A stretch of 32,000 nucleotides of DNA from an uncultured Chloroflexia bacterium. Its GTDB lineage: Bacteria > Chloroflexota > Anaerolineae > Anaerolineales > Anaerolineaceae. Shown here piece by piece: positions 16,087-24,601 of this stretch. Position numbers and translations under genes: made by a program. Every line of letters begins with the position of its first letter. The stretch's first letter is position 1. Under the pieces are notes generated by a model. The model was not told the DNA's origin and searched no databases. It saw only the letters and a list, made by a program, of their open reading frames with translations. The DNA lies in NCBI GenBank assembly GCA_963704755.1, contig OY969938.1:720001-752000 (forward strand), read 5' to 3'.

Positions 16087-16319
16087 CGGGGCTCCATTAC
16101 ATCCAGTGTAGCTTGCTTGCCTTCGCGGGCCGCTGCCACTCTCAATAAAATACGCATGGAGTTGGCCACCCGGCCGCTCTTGCCAATCACACGCCCCATG
16201 TCTTCCTTGGCTACCCAAAGCTCAAGGCGGATTCTACTCCCGGCCCGCTCCTGACGGATGCGAACCTGGGTCGGGTCATCTACCAACGAAGAGGCTATAT
16301 ATTCGATCAGTTCTTTCAC
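16083..16319 (-). CDS. KH-domain RNA-binding protein (YlqC/UPF0109-like)
   Basis: Carries the GxxG KH motif VIGKSGRVANSMRILL. The GTG at 16319 is preceded by GAAGGAG 6 nt upstream. The ORF-track start at 16340 is also GTG but lacks a Shine-Dalgarno. Confidence 0.8.
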   Translation of the reverse strand: MKELIEYIASSLVDDPTQVRIRQERAGSRIRLELWVAKEDMGRVIGKSGRVANSMRILLRVAAAREGKQATLDVMEPR

Positions 16320-16379
16320 GATCGCTCCTTCCGTACCCACCCGCGATAACCCTTGCCATCAGGCAGGTTGAGTTGCACC

Positions 16380-16724
16380 CTAGACTGGGTTGGTTTTCAG
16401 ATTGACTTTGCGGGCTGCGTAGTATGCTTCTGCTTCCTTGAGAACTTCTTCCTCAGATTCTCCGGCCTTGACCCGTTCGAACCGTTTCATCAGGCCAACC
16501 GAATTGAACAACTGCATAACCGAATCGCTGGGTTGTGCGCCATTCTTCAGCCAATGATAAATCCGGCCTTCGTTTACCTGGAAGGTGAAGGGTTCAGTAC
16601 GCGGGTTGTATGAGCCAAGGATCTCGAGAAAACGGCCATCCCGCGGACTTTCTTTATCGGCGGCAACAACACGGTAGCTGGGTTGACCACGCAAACCAAT
16701 ACGGCGTAATCGAATTCGAACCAT
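16380..16724 (-). CDS. rpsP: 30S ribosomal protein S16
   Basis: MVRIRLRRIGLRGQPSYRVVAADKESPRDGRFLEILGSYNP, with a C-terminal extension of about 30 aa. Confidence 0.95.
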   Translation of the reverse strand: MVRIRLRRIGLRGQPSYRVVAADKESPRDGRFLEILGSYNPRTEPFTFQVNEGRIYHWLKNGAQPSDSVMQLFNSVGLMKRFERVKAGESEEEVLKEAEAYYAARKVNLKTNPV

Positions 16725-16839
16725 TTTAAGATTTAACTCCTCTTACTATTCTGAACGTGGACTCCAAAAAATCGGCTGCCATGACCGGCAAAGGAAAGTT
16801 GAGGACGCTGAAGGAAGCGATTCTTTCCTCCTGGCTTGG

Positions 16840-18162
16840 TTAGCCAAACAGACGCGGCATTCCCCGCCCGCCTGTTTTTTGCAAAGTTTTAAACATCTTC
16901 TGGGCATCCCGGAACTGCTTCAAGACTTTATTGACGTCCTGAACATCGGTACCCGAGCCGCGTGCGATACGCCGCCGGCGGCTGGCATTAAGTATTTCCG
17001 GATGGCGGCGTTCCTTGCCTGTCATCGAGTTCAAAATGGCCTCGGTCACTTTGAAAGAGCGCTCGGCATCCTCAGGATTGATCTGGCGGGCCGCATTGCC
17101 CAGGTTTCCCGGAAGCATTTCCAGAATTTGCGAAAAAGGCCCCATTTTGCGCACCTGCTTGAGCTGGTTGGCAAAATCCTCCAGGCTGAATTGGCCCGAC
17201 ATCATTCGTTCGGCCTGTTCCTGGGATTCTTTCTCATTGAACGCAGATTCAGCGCGCTCAATTAGCCCAATCATATCACCCATACCCAAAATACGCGATG
17301 CCAATCGACCCGGATCGTAACTTTCCAGGGCGTTAATACCTTCCCCGGTGCCCAGGTATTTGATCGGCACGCCGGTGACCTTGCGGATCGAAATTGCAGC
17401 ACCACCGCGGGCATCGCCATCCATCTTGGTCAGGATCAACCCGCTCAATGTGACCGAATCACGGAACCCCTCGGCGACATGCAGCGCTTCCTGGCCGATC
17501 ATGGCATCCACCACCAGCAGAATTTCGTTGGGGGTCACCCGGGCCGTGATGGCCTTCAATTCCTGCATCAGGGCATCGTCGAGCTGAGAACGGCCGGCCG
17601 TATCGATGATCAGGACCGACACACCGCCTTTTTCAGCCTGTGAAAAAGCGTGGGCCGCCAGTTCGGGCGGTTTGACGTTTTCCTCACTGAACACTGGTAC
17701 ATTGATCCGTTCGCCCAGGGTTTGGAGTTGTTTGATGGCTGCCGGGCGGTAGGGATCGGCCGCGACCAGCTCGACTCGCTCGCCCTGGCTGCGCAATGAC
17801 GAGGCCAGTTTTGCCGAAGCGGTGGTCTTACCGGAGCCTTGCAACCCCACCACCATGATCACTCGCGGTTTGGGGCCGGTCAGGTTCAAGCGGGCCGGCT
17901 CGCCCAGGGTTTGGATCAATTCTTCATGGACGATCTTGATCACCTGCTGAGCCGGGTTCAAGGCCTTCGAGACCTCAATACCCACGGCACGTTCACGCAC
18001 CCGGTTGACAAAATCTTTCACCACGCTGTAATGAACATCGGCTTCCAATAAGGCCATGCGCACTTCACGCATGGCAAGATCAACATCCTGCTCGGAGAGT
18101 TTGCCCCGCCGGCGTAGTTGCTGAAAGACCTGATCTAGGCGTTGTGAAAGAGATTCGAACAA
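16840..18162 (-). CDS. ffh: signal recognition particle protein Ffh
   Basis: 440 aa starting MFESLSQRL. P-loop GLQGSGKTTASAKLA, DTAGR, TKMDGDARGGAA and a Met-rich M domain. TTG start with AAAGGA upstream. Confidence 0.95.
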   Translation of the reverse strand: MFESLSQRLDQVFQQLRRRGKLSEQDVDLAMREVRMALLEADVHYSVVKDFVNRVRERAVGIEVSKALNPAQQVIKIVHEELIQTLGEPARLNLTGPKPRVIMVVGLQGSGKTTASAKLASSLRSQGERVELVAADPYRPAAIKQLQTLGERINVPVFSEENVKPPELAAHAFSQAEKGGVSVLIIDTAGRSQLDDALMQELKAITARVTPNEILLVVDAMIGQEALHVAEGFRDSVTLSGLILTKMDGDARGGAAISIRKVTGVPIKYLGTGEGINALESYDPGRLASRILGMGDMIGLIERAESAFNEKESQEQAERMMSGQFSLEDFANQLKQVRKMGPFSQILEMLPGNLGNAARQINPEDAERSFKVTEAILNSMTGKERRHPEILNASRRRRIARGSGTDVQDVNKVLKQFRDAQKMFKTLQKTGGRGMPRLFG

Positions 18163-18218
18163 GAATGATCCTTTAAAGCATAAAAAAACCTCACCCCAAC
18201 GGGGCGCAACACGGTCCG

Positions 18219-18247
18219 ATTTTAGCCGGGAAAGCTGCGCAGGTCAA
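18219..18247 (-). promoter_or_regulatory. candidate sigma70 promoter of the ffh operon (TTGACC-17-TAAAAT)
   Basis: On the minus strand the -35 TTGACC is at 18247-18242 and the -10 TAAAAT at 18224-18219, with an exact 17-nt spacer, about 55 nt upstream of the ffh start. Confidence 0.45.
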
Positions 18248-18346
18248 GGCTTTTTCTGAATGTCGTCGCATAAGAGATGCGTTTAGCCGGCGAAACCGTC
18301 CTGTAACCGGCTGGTTGGGAGCTTTTTGAATACTTTCCCACCATTT

Positions 18347-18434
18347 GTCATTGCGAGGAGGCCGGTCTTGCCGACGAAGCAAACTCCCGACTGACCAGTG
18401 GGGAGTTTGCTTCGCACACACCGCTCGCAACGAC
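18347..18434. repeat. 88-nt compound palindromic element (outer GTCATTGCGAG/CTCGCAACGAC arms, inner 14-bp perfect stem)
   Basis: The inner arms CGAAGCAAACTCCC (18375-18388) and GGGAGTTTGCTTCG (18401-18414) are perfect. The outer arms 18347-18357 and 18424-18434 pair at 10 of 11 positions. It lies in a 488-nt non-coding gap between divergent ffh and degV. Confidence 0.7.
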
Positions 18435-18650
18435 AAGCGCAAACGCTTGTTGAATCAAAGCAACCCTCTTACCGGCCGATAAGAGCGGCCTCGGTCTGGA
18501 GACCGGGCCGATCGCCCTTTCACATTAATGTCATTGCTCGCCGGCCAGCGACCGGGCCAATCTGCCATTTTTCCAGCAACTTTTCTCCGTATTTCGGGTT
18601 ATCACAGGCGAATTATTCTATTGATTTTTAACAATCCCCCAGGAGGTCGC

Positions 18651-19508
18651 ATGTCCAAAGTCGCCGTCGTCACCGACAGCACTGCCTATATCCCGGAAGA
18701 ACTCATCACCGGTTATCCCATCCATACAGTTCCACTACAGGTCATTTGGGGCGAAGATACCTTCCGCGACGGCATCGACATCACTCCGCTTGAATTTTAT
18801 TCCCGCCTGGAAAACGCCACGGTCATGCCAACCACTTCCCAGCCTTCCCCGGCTGCTTTCCAGCAGATTTACGCCAGCCTGCTGGAACAGGGTTTCGATA
18901 TCATTTCCATTCATATTTCCGCCAGGCTTTCCGGCACCCTTGATTCGGCTTACCAGGCGCGCCAGACGATGAACTCGGACCGCATCGTTATTGTAGACTC
19001 GAGGAGCGCCGGCATGGGACTCGGCTTCCAGACCTTGGAAGTGGCCCGGGCCGCGAATAATGGCGCCAATCTCAAAGAATGTACCGACCTGGCCCAGAAA
19101 GCCACCGGGATGACCGGGGTCCTTTTCGCCGTCAGCACCCTGGAATTCCTGCGCCGCGGCGGCCGGATCGGCGGCGCTTCCGCTTTCCTGGGCACGGCCC
19201 TGGGGATCAAGCCTATTCTTGAATTACAAGATGGCCAGATCGAAGCCGTCGAAAAAATTCGCACCATGAACAAAGCCCTCGACCGGACCATCGAACTAAT
19301 GGTCAAACAAGTCGATCACCAGCGGCCGGTCCGCATATCGGCATTGCACGCCAACGCCCCGGCCGAAGCAGAACGGTTGCTGCAAAAGGCCTGCGAATGC
19401 TTCCCGCCTTCCGAAATCGCCGAAGCTTTTTCGGCCGCAGTCAGCCCGGTAATTGGTACTCATACCGGGCCAGGTACGGTTGGCCTGGCTTTCATGGCCG
19501 GAATGTAA
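18651..19508 (+). CDS. DegV-family fatty-acid-binding protein
   Basis: MSKVAVVTDSTAYIPEEL, TSQPSP and the rest of a DegV pattern. AGGAGG lies 4 nt upstream of the ATG at 18651. The longer ORF from 18528 has no support. Confidence 0.88.
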   Translation: MSKVAVVTDSTAYIPEELITGYPIHTVPLQVIWGEDTFRDGIDITPLEFYSRLENATVMPTTSQPSPAAFQQIYASLLEQGFDIISIHISARLSGTLDSAYQARQTMNSDRIVIVDSRSAGMGLGFQTLEVARAANNGANLKECTDLAQKATGMTGVLFAVSTLEFLRRGGRIGGASAFLGTALGIKPILELQDGQIEAVEKIRTMNKALDRTIELMVKQVDHQRPVRISALHANAPAEAERLLQKACECFPPSEIAEAFSAAVSPVIGTHTGPGTVGLAFMAGM

Positions 19509-19525
19509 TTCCCCGAATATGATCG

Positions 19526-19590
19526 GGGCGTTCTAAAGTTTTTCGCGTACGGTGTACGCGAAAAATTTTAGAACGCCCTTAATTTTTTAA
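19526..19590 (+). terminator. intrinsic terminator after degV (25-bp stem with one G-U pair, followed by a T-run)
   Basis: Arms 19526-19550 and 19554-19578 flank a 3-nt loop. The stem is followed by TTAATTTTTT. Confidence 0.75.
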
Positions 19591-19783
19591 TCAGACTGAG
19601 TTGTAACAAATAGTCCGTGGTCTGGTAAAATCAAGACGATCCAAAGGTCGGCTTTCTTTTGAAAATGGAAGCAAAAGTGAGCGTACCTGCAAGATCAATG
19701 GATGAGATGATGCAGTCTGATCGCTCATCGTAATCCGGCATGCACGCATAGATCCCGATAAGGCAAAATAGAGGTAGATTCTG

Positions 19784-21100
19784 ATGAGAGACTATCCTTC
19801 CGTGGGTGTGGTAGCAGCCGACGTCCTGTTGCCACGTGATGGCATCGATTTGCGCAAATGGGCCACGATTGCCTGTGACCAGTTCACTTCTCAACCGGAA
19901 TACTGGCAGAAGGTCGAAGAGATCGTGGGTGACTCGCCCTCGACGTACCATATGATCCTGCCAGAAGTTTTCCTGGGAAAACCCCAAGAAAACGAGCGCA
20001 TCCAATCGACCCAAAAGACGATCCGCGAGTACCTGGACGGTGGGATCTTTACCTGCCACACCGGTTTTGTCTATGTCGAAAGAACCGTGCTTGGCCGGAT
20101 TCGCCATGGCCTGATGATGGCTATTGACCTGGAAAAATATAATTACAACGCCGGCTCGCAATCGCAAGTGCGGGCAACCGAAGGGACCATCCTGGACCGC
20201 CTGCCGCCGCGTATGCGCATCCGTGAAGGGGCCGCCGTCGAAATTCCTCATATCCTGATATTGATCGACGATCCGCAGGGTACCGTAATCGAACCGGTCA
20301 CCCAAAAAGCCGGCCAGCTCCCCGAACTGTACAATTTCGAGTTGATGCTGGGCAGCGGCCAATTGCGCGGTGCCTGGGTCGATGACCTGGAGCTGGAGCA
20401 GCAAATTATCGCCGCCCTGGAAAAACTGGCCTCGCCGGACGTTTTTTATCCCCGCTACGGCGTGGACGCAAATAAAGGTGTGCTCCTTTTCGCTGCCGGC
20501 GATGGCAACCACTCCCTGGCCACTGCCAAGGCTATCTGGGAAAAAATGAAGCCCAACGTGGGTATAAATCACCCCGGCCGGTACGCCCTGGTCGAGGTGG
20601 AAAACGTGCACGACGAGGGCCTGCGCTTCGAGCCGATCCACCGCGTTCTGTTCGGACTAAAAGCTGCGATCGAGCCCCAACTGGAAAAGTTTTTCTCCGG
20701 CCGCATCCAATTCGAAGCCTGCGCTAATTCACAGGCAATGGCCGCAGCCGTCAATGCGCAGACCGGCGAGCGCCAGGGCATCGGCATGATTACACCGCAG
20801 GGATGCCAGGTTGCCTGGATCAGCCAGCCCGAATCGAATTTGCCGGTCGGCACTTTACAGCCCTTCCTGGACGAATTATTGAAGAATGGGGCCGCCGCTT
20901 CGATCGATTATTTGCACGGCGAAGATGTCCTGCTCGAGTTAGGCAGCCGCGCAGGCAACTGCGGGTTTTACCTGCCCGCGATGGACAAAAGCGACCTGTT
21001 CAAAACCGTCATTCTCGATGGTGCCCTGCCGCGCAAGACCTTCTCGATGGGTGAAGCCGTGGAAAAGCGGTTTTACATGGAAGCCCGCAAGATCGTCTAG
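19784..21100 (+). CDS. DUF1015-family protein
   Basis: 438 aa. The N-terminal pattern VLLPRDGIDLRKWATIACDQFTSQPEYW matches my memory of DUF1015 proteins. GAGGT lies 9 nt upstream. Confidence 0.7.
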   Translation: MRDYPSVGVVAADVLLPRDGIDLRKWATIACDQFTSQPEYWQKVEEIVGDSPSTYHMILPEVFLGKPQENERIQSTQKTIREYLDGGIFTCHTGFVYVERTVLGRIRHGLMMAIDLEKYNYNAGSQSQVRATEGTILDRLPPRMRIREGAAVEIPHILILIDDPQGTVIEPVTQKAGQLPELYNFELMLGSGQLRGAWVDDLELEQQIIAALEKLASPDVFYPRYGVDANKGVLLFAAGDGNHSLATAKAIWEKMKPNVGINHPGRYALVEVENVHDEGLRFEPIHRVLFGLKAAIEPQLEKFFSGRIQFEACANSQAMAAAVNAQTGERQGIGMITPQGCQVAWISQPESNLPVGTLQPFLDELLKNGAAASIDYLHGEDVLLELGSRAGNCGFYLPAMDKSDLFKTVILDGALPRKTFSMGEAVEKRFYMEARKIV

Positions 21101-21102
21101 AT

Positions 21103-21131
21103 TTGAAGCGTCCTGCCAGCACGAGTATAAT
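21103..21131 (+). promoter_or_regulatory. candidate sigma70 promoter (TTGAAG-17-TATAAT) ahead of the 21188 gene
   Basis: The -35 TTGAAG is at 21103-21108 and a perfect TATAAT at 21126-21131, with a 17-nt spacer. It starts directly after the DUF1015 stop. Confidence 0.45.
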
Positions 21132-21187
21132 GAAAGTCCCTGGCCCGTAGATCCTAACCGGGCCAAAATTCGCGGCATCGAGAAGAT

Positions 21188-21547
21188 ATGGCCCACCCTT
21201 TTAATCCCCTATCACCAGACGAAAACGCTTTGCCCCCCAGCGAAGTTCGTTTTACCGAATTTCACATCGAACCCTGGCCTGACGGCCGGCAAATCCGCGT
21301 CCACATCCGTTTGACGCCCTTCTTGCAGCCGCCTAACCTGGAAACGATCTTATCTGGCCCGGACGGCAAAGAAGTATCCAGTACCCTGATCGTCGAGAAC
21401 GTGGACACCGATCTGGTGTTCACCATGCATATTCGCGGAAGGGCCAAACCCGGGCTTTATTCGCTCCGCTGCCAGGTCGTCTACGAAAGCGCCGGTGTGG
21501 TTGATTCGGCCGAGACGGATTATTCTCTCGAAGACGCTGCAATATAA
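21188..21547 (+). CDS. hypothetical small protein (119 aa, no signal peptide)
   Basis: The ORF has coding-like composition, and the candidate promoter lies upstream. No motif recognised. Confidence 0.55.
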   Translation: MAHPFNPLSPDENALPPSEVRFTEFHIEPWPDGRQIRVHIRLTPFLQPPNLETILSGPDGKEVSSTLIVENVDTDLVFTMHIRGRAKPGLYSLRCQVVYESAGVVDSAETDYSLEDAAI

Positions 21548-21648
21548 ACGTTTCCGCGAAATCAGGAAAGCCGGTCTACGAAGTTCCCGAACCTGAAGGG
21601 TTTACGCGATTAAATCGCTTTAAGTTCAGGGTCAGGTTAGGGGTAAAC

Positions 21649-22530
21649 TTGTCGCGATCTATTTGCACGACTGCATTGGTTGGAATGGTGGTCCTGATAG
21701 GTCTGGCCAGTTGTTCACCTCAGCCTGTGACCCCCAGCGATACTCCGCTGCCGGTAACGCCTGCCATCGCCAATACTTCCCCAATAACCGCGACGGCCAG
21801 CCCGACGACAGTGCCAGCCCCGACGGCTGCCGTTGAACTCACTGCCACGCCCGTCCCTGCCCCGGCTGCCTCACAGGTTTGTTCACCGTTGCAAGGGATT
21901 GCGCTCGACCAGCTTGATGAGATCGTCTCCAACCCATTCGACCAGCCCTCACCCGGCAGCGATGCCGGCCACCACGGCGTCGATCTCGGGTTTTATTCGT
22001 TTGGGCCTTTCAAACAAATGGCCGGTCTCCCGGTTACATCGGTGCTGGATGGAACGGTCGCGGCGGTTGTGGCGGACCGTAAACCCTACGGCAACGCGCT
22101 GATCATCGAAACAACCTGGGACCAGATCCCTGTCGGTTGGAAGAGCGGTCTCGAAGCTGTATTGCCCCTGGTCGAAACACCTGCCGTCCACCTGACCTGC
22201 CCTACACCTTCTGCGCCACTCGACGTGGACCGCTCGAGCTATTCACTCTATCTGCTGTATGCTCACCTGCAAAACCCGGTCAGCCTGGCACCCGGCGATC
22301 CGGTTGCCTGCGGCGACACCGTCGGCCAGGTGGGCCATACCGGGGCCGCCGTCAACGATCATCTCCACCTGGAATTTCGCCTGGGCTATTCCGGCGCACG
22401 CTTCGGCGGCATGGCTCATTACACCAACGACGCCAGCCTGGACGAAATGGCTACCTACTGCACCTGGCGCGTTGGCGGGCTCTTTAAACTCCTTGACCCG
22501 CTGCCCTTTCTGGATGGAACATCCGGGTGA
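21649..22530 (+). CDS. M23-family metallopeptidase lipoprotein
   Basis: Lipobox LIGLASC, then a PT-rich linker. The M23 zinc motifs HHGVDLG (HxxxD) and NDHLHLEF (HxH) are intact. TTG start. Confidence 0.82.
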   Translation: MSRSICTTALVGMVVLIGLASCSPQPVTPSDTPLPVTPAIANTSPITATASPTTVPAPTAAVELTATPVPAPAASQVCSPLQGIALDQLDEIVSNPFDQPSPGSDAGHHGVDLGFYSFGPFKQMAGLPVTSVLDGTVAAVVADRKPYGNALIIETTWDQIPVGWKSGLEAVLPLVETPAVHLTCPTPSAPLDVDRSSYSLYLLYAHLQNPVSLAPGDPVACGDTVGQVGHTGAAVNDHLHLEFRLGYSGARFGGMAHYTNDASLDEMATYCTWRVGGLFKLLDPLPFLDGTSG

Positions 22531-22666
22531 AATTTGGTTAACAGTATTGATAGAACTGCCGGCTAGCAGGTTCACTTTGCGAGCGAAACTGGCATCGAAT
22601 GCTACAATACTGGCAGGGAAACCGCTTTTGGCCCGATTCTTGCTGGGCTAAAGTCGTTGAATAAAG

Positions 22667-24601
22667 ATGAGTGAGCCATCCACACTTCATAAAAAATCAC
22701 CGCGAAGGATCTCCTTCGTTCTGTTATTGGTCTTTGTTGGCTTGTTGGTCCTCGCCTGGACCGAATTACCTGCCCTGCGCGCCGGCCTTTTACCAAAGAC
22801 TGCTGTAACTGCCAGTACTACGCCGGACACCTTCCCGGTTTCTGCCTTCGCCCAACCCAGCAGCACTGCGCCTGCCGTCGCGCTGGCATCCACGATTGAT
22901 ATCCAGCCGACCGCCGTCCCGGCCGTACAACCGGGCACCGGCAAAGATTTGATTGTCTTTTCGATGAGCGACGGCCAGTATGATCATCTGTTTGCTTTCC
23001 AGCCTCAATCGCTGCCGCTGACCCGCCTGACGGACAATCCTTGGGACGATATCGACTCGAGTGTCAGCCCGGATGGCTCGCGCATCGCTTATAGTTCCAG
23101 GCGCAACGGTTATTGGGATATCTACATCCTGGACCTGCTCAGCGGGGACCTGACACGGGTCACCGACACACCCGAGTATGAGGGCTCGCCGACCTGGTCT
23201 CCGGACGGGCAATGGCTGGCCTATGAAACCTACGCCCGGGGTAACCTGGATATTTACATTCAATCCCTGGCCGACCTGAGCCAGCCGCCGATCCAGTTGA
23301 CCGACAGCCCGGCCGCGGATTATGACCCGGCCTGGTCGCCGGAAGGACGTGAGATCGCCTTTGTTTCCACTCGCTCCGGGGAACCCGAGATCTGGACAGC
23401 CCAATTGGACCAGATCGAAAACCGCTTTAGCAATATCAGCCAGAATTCGGGCAGCCTGGATACCCAGCCGGATTGGTCGCCGGATGGAAAAACCCTGGCC
23501 TGGTCGGGCCAGGTCGATGGGGCCGACCGGATTATGCTCTGGGACACCCAGGATCCGGCCAAAGCTGCCATTCCGACCCTGGACGGCACCACGCCGGTCT
23601 GGTCTCCCACCGGCGACGCGCTGCTGGTGCGCCAGGCCGATGTGGACCAGATATCCCTGGCCGCCTTCAAGGTATCGGACCAGACCCTGGCCCTGCCTTT
23701 TACCAACCTGCCGGGAGAAATCCATGGCATCGATTGGGCCGATGGGCAACTCGGCAGCCTGCTGCCGCGCTATTACCTGGATAGCCCGGCCACACCCCCG
23801 GTTTTGTACCAGACAAAGTTGACCCTGGCGCCAGTTTCACCTTCCGGCCGCTACGGCCTGGTCAAACTGGACGACGTCAATGTGCCCTACCCCTACCTGC
23901 ACGACGCCGTGGATGAGGCCTTCAACGCCCTGCGGGCCGAGATTGCCCGCCAATCCGGGTGGGATTTCCTCCAAAACCTGGAGAATTGCTACATTCCTAT
24001 CACCGAACCGCCCAGCCCCGGCAGCGTGGACGACTGGCTGCAAACCGGCCGGGCTTTCGCGGTCAATCCACTGCCCATCCAGGCCGGTTGGATGGCGGTG
24101 GTCAAGGAAGTCCGCGGCGACCAGACCTACTGGCGCCTGTACGTCCGTACCCGCTACCAGGATGGCTCGCAAGGCCAGCCCATGAACGCCCGCCCGTGGG
24201 ACTTCGATTTGCGCTATTCTGGCGATACCCGCGCTTACGAAGACGGTGGCGCTTACGCCGATATTCCCTCGGGTTACTGGATCGATTTCACCGAACTGGC
24301 CGCGCGTTATGGCTTCCAACCCTTACCCGCTTTGCAAAACTGGCGCACTTTTTACCCGGCTGCCCGTTTCAACCAGTTCGCCAAAACGGATGGCCTGGAC
24401 TGGGCGGCTGCTATGGCCCAGTTTTACCCGCCCGAAGCCCTGACCGTGCCAACCCAGATACCGACCTACACCCTCACGCCCACAATAACGCCTACCATTC
24501 GCTTCTATAAGTCGGTCACCCCCACCCCTGTTCCGACGCAAACCCCGCAACCCACCCGCCGGCCGACCTGGACGCCTCTCCCCGGCCAATCAACTCCATG
24601 A
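22667..24601 (+). CDS. membrane-anchored PD40/TolB-like beta-propeller protein with an unrecognised C-terminal domain and a PT-rich tail
   Basis: N-terminal TM segment. Repeated PD40 units: SPDGSRIAYSS..WDIYILDL, SPDGQWLAYE..LDIYIQSL, SPEGREIAFVS..EIWTAQL and SPDGKTLAWS. Confidence 0.8.
   Translation: MSEPSTLHKKSPRRISFVLLLVFVGLLVLAWTELPALRAGLLPKTAVTASTTPDTFPVSAFAQPSSTAPAVALASTIDIQPTAVPAVQPGTGKDLIVFSMSDGQYDHLFAFQPQSLPLTRLTDNPWDDIDSSVSPDGSRIAYSSRRNGYWDIYILDLLSGDLTRVTDTPEYEGSPTWSPDGQWLAYETYARGNLDIYIQSLADLSQPPIQLTDSPAADYDPAWSPEGREIAFVSTRSGEPEIWTAQLDQIENRFSNISQNSGSLDTQPDWSPDGKTLAWSGQVDGADRIMLWDTQDPAKAAIPTLDGTTPVWSPTGDALLVRQADVDQISLAAFKVSDQTLALPFTNLPGEIHGIDWADGQLGSLLPRYYLDSPATPPVLYQTKLTLAPVSPSGRYGLVKLDDVNVPYPYLHDAVDEAFNALRAEIARQSGWDFLQNLENCYIPITEPPSPGSVDDWLQTGRAFAVNPLPIQAGWMAVVKEVRGDQTYWRLYVRTRYQDGSQGQPMNARPWDFDLRYSGDTRAYEDGGAYADIPSGYWIDFTELAARYGFQPLPALQNWRTFYPAARFNQFAKTDGLDWAAAMAQFYPPEALTVPTQIPTYTLTPTITPTIRFYKSVTPTPVPTQTPQPTRRPTWTPLPGQSTP

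Noticed and set aside
16087-16218. ATG at 16218 as the rimM start
   Set aside because: It would overlap the KH-protein gene by 136 nt and add a non-conserved extension. The GTGA-coupled GTG at 16086 is favoured.
18163-18650. SRP (4.5S/scRNA) gene next to ffh
   Set aside because: I looked on both strands for the conserved domain IV signature (CAGG..GGAA..AAGCAGC) and did not find it. The hairpins present do not resemble SRP RNA.
4873-19522. Shared 10-mer CCGAATATGA in the 4873 palindrome and near the degV terminator (19513)
   Set aside because: Identical 10-mers are expected many times by chance in 32 kb, and there is no extended similarity.
19665-19733. 22-codon ORF (MEAKVSVPARSMDEMMQSDRSS) between degV and the DUF1015 gene
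   Set aside because: It has no Shine-Dalgarno and no recognisable features. An ORF of this size is expected by chance.
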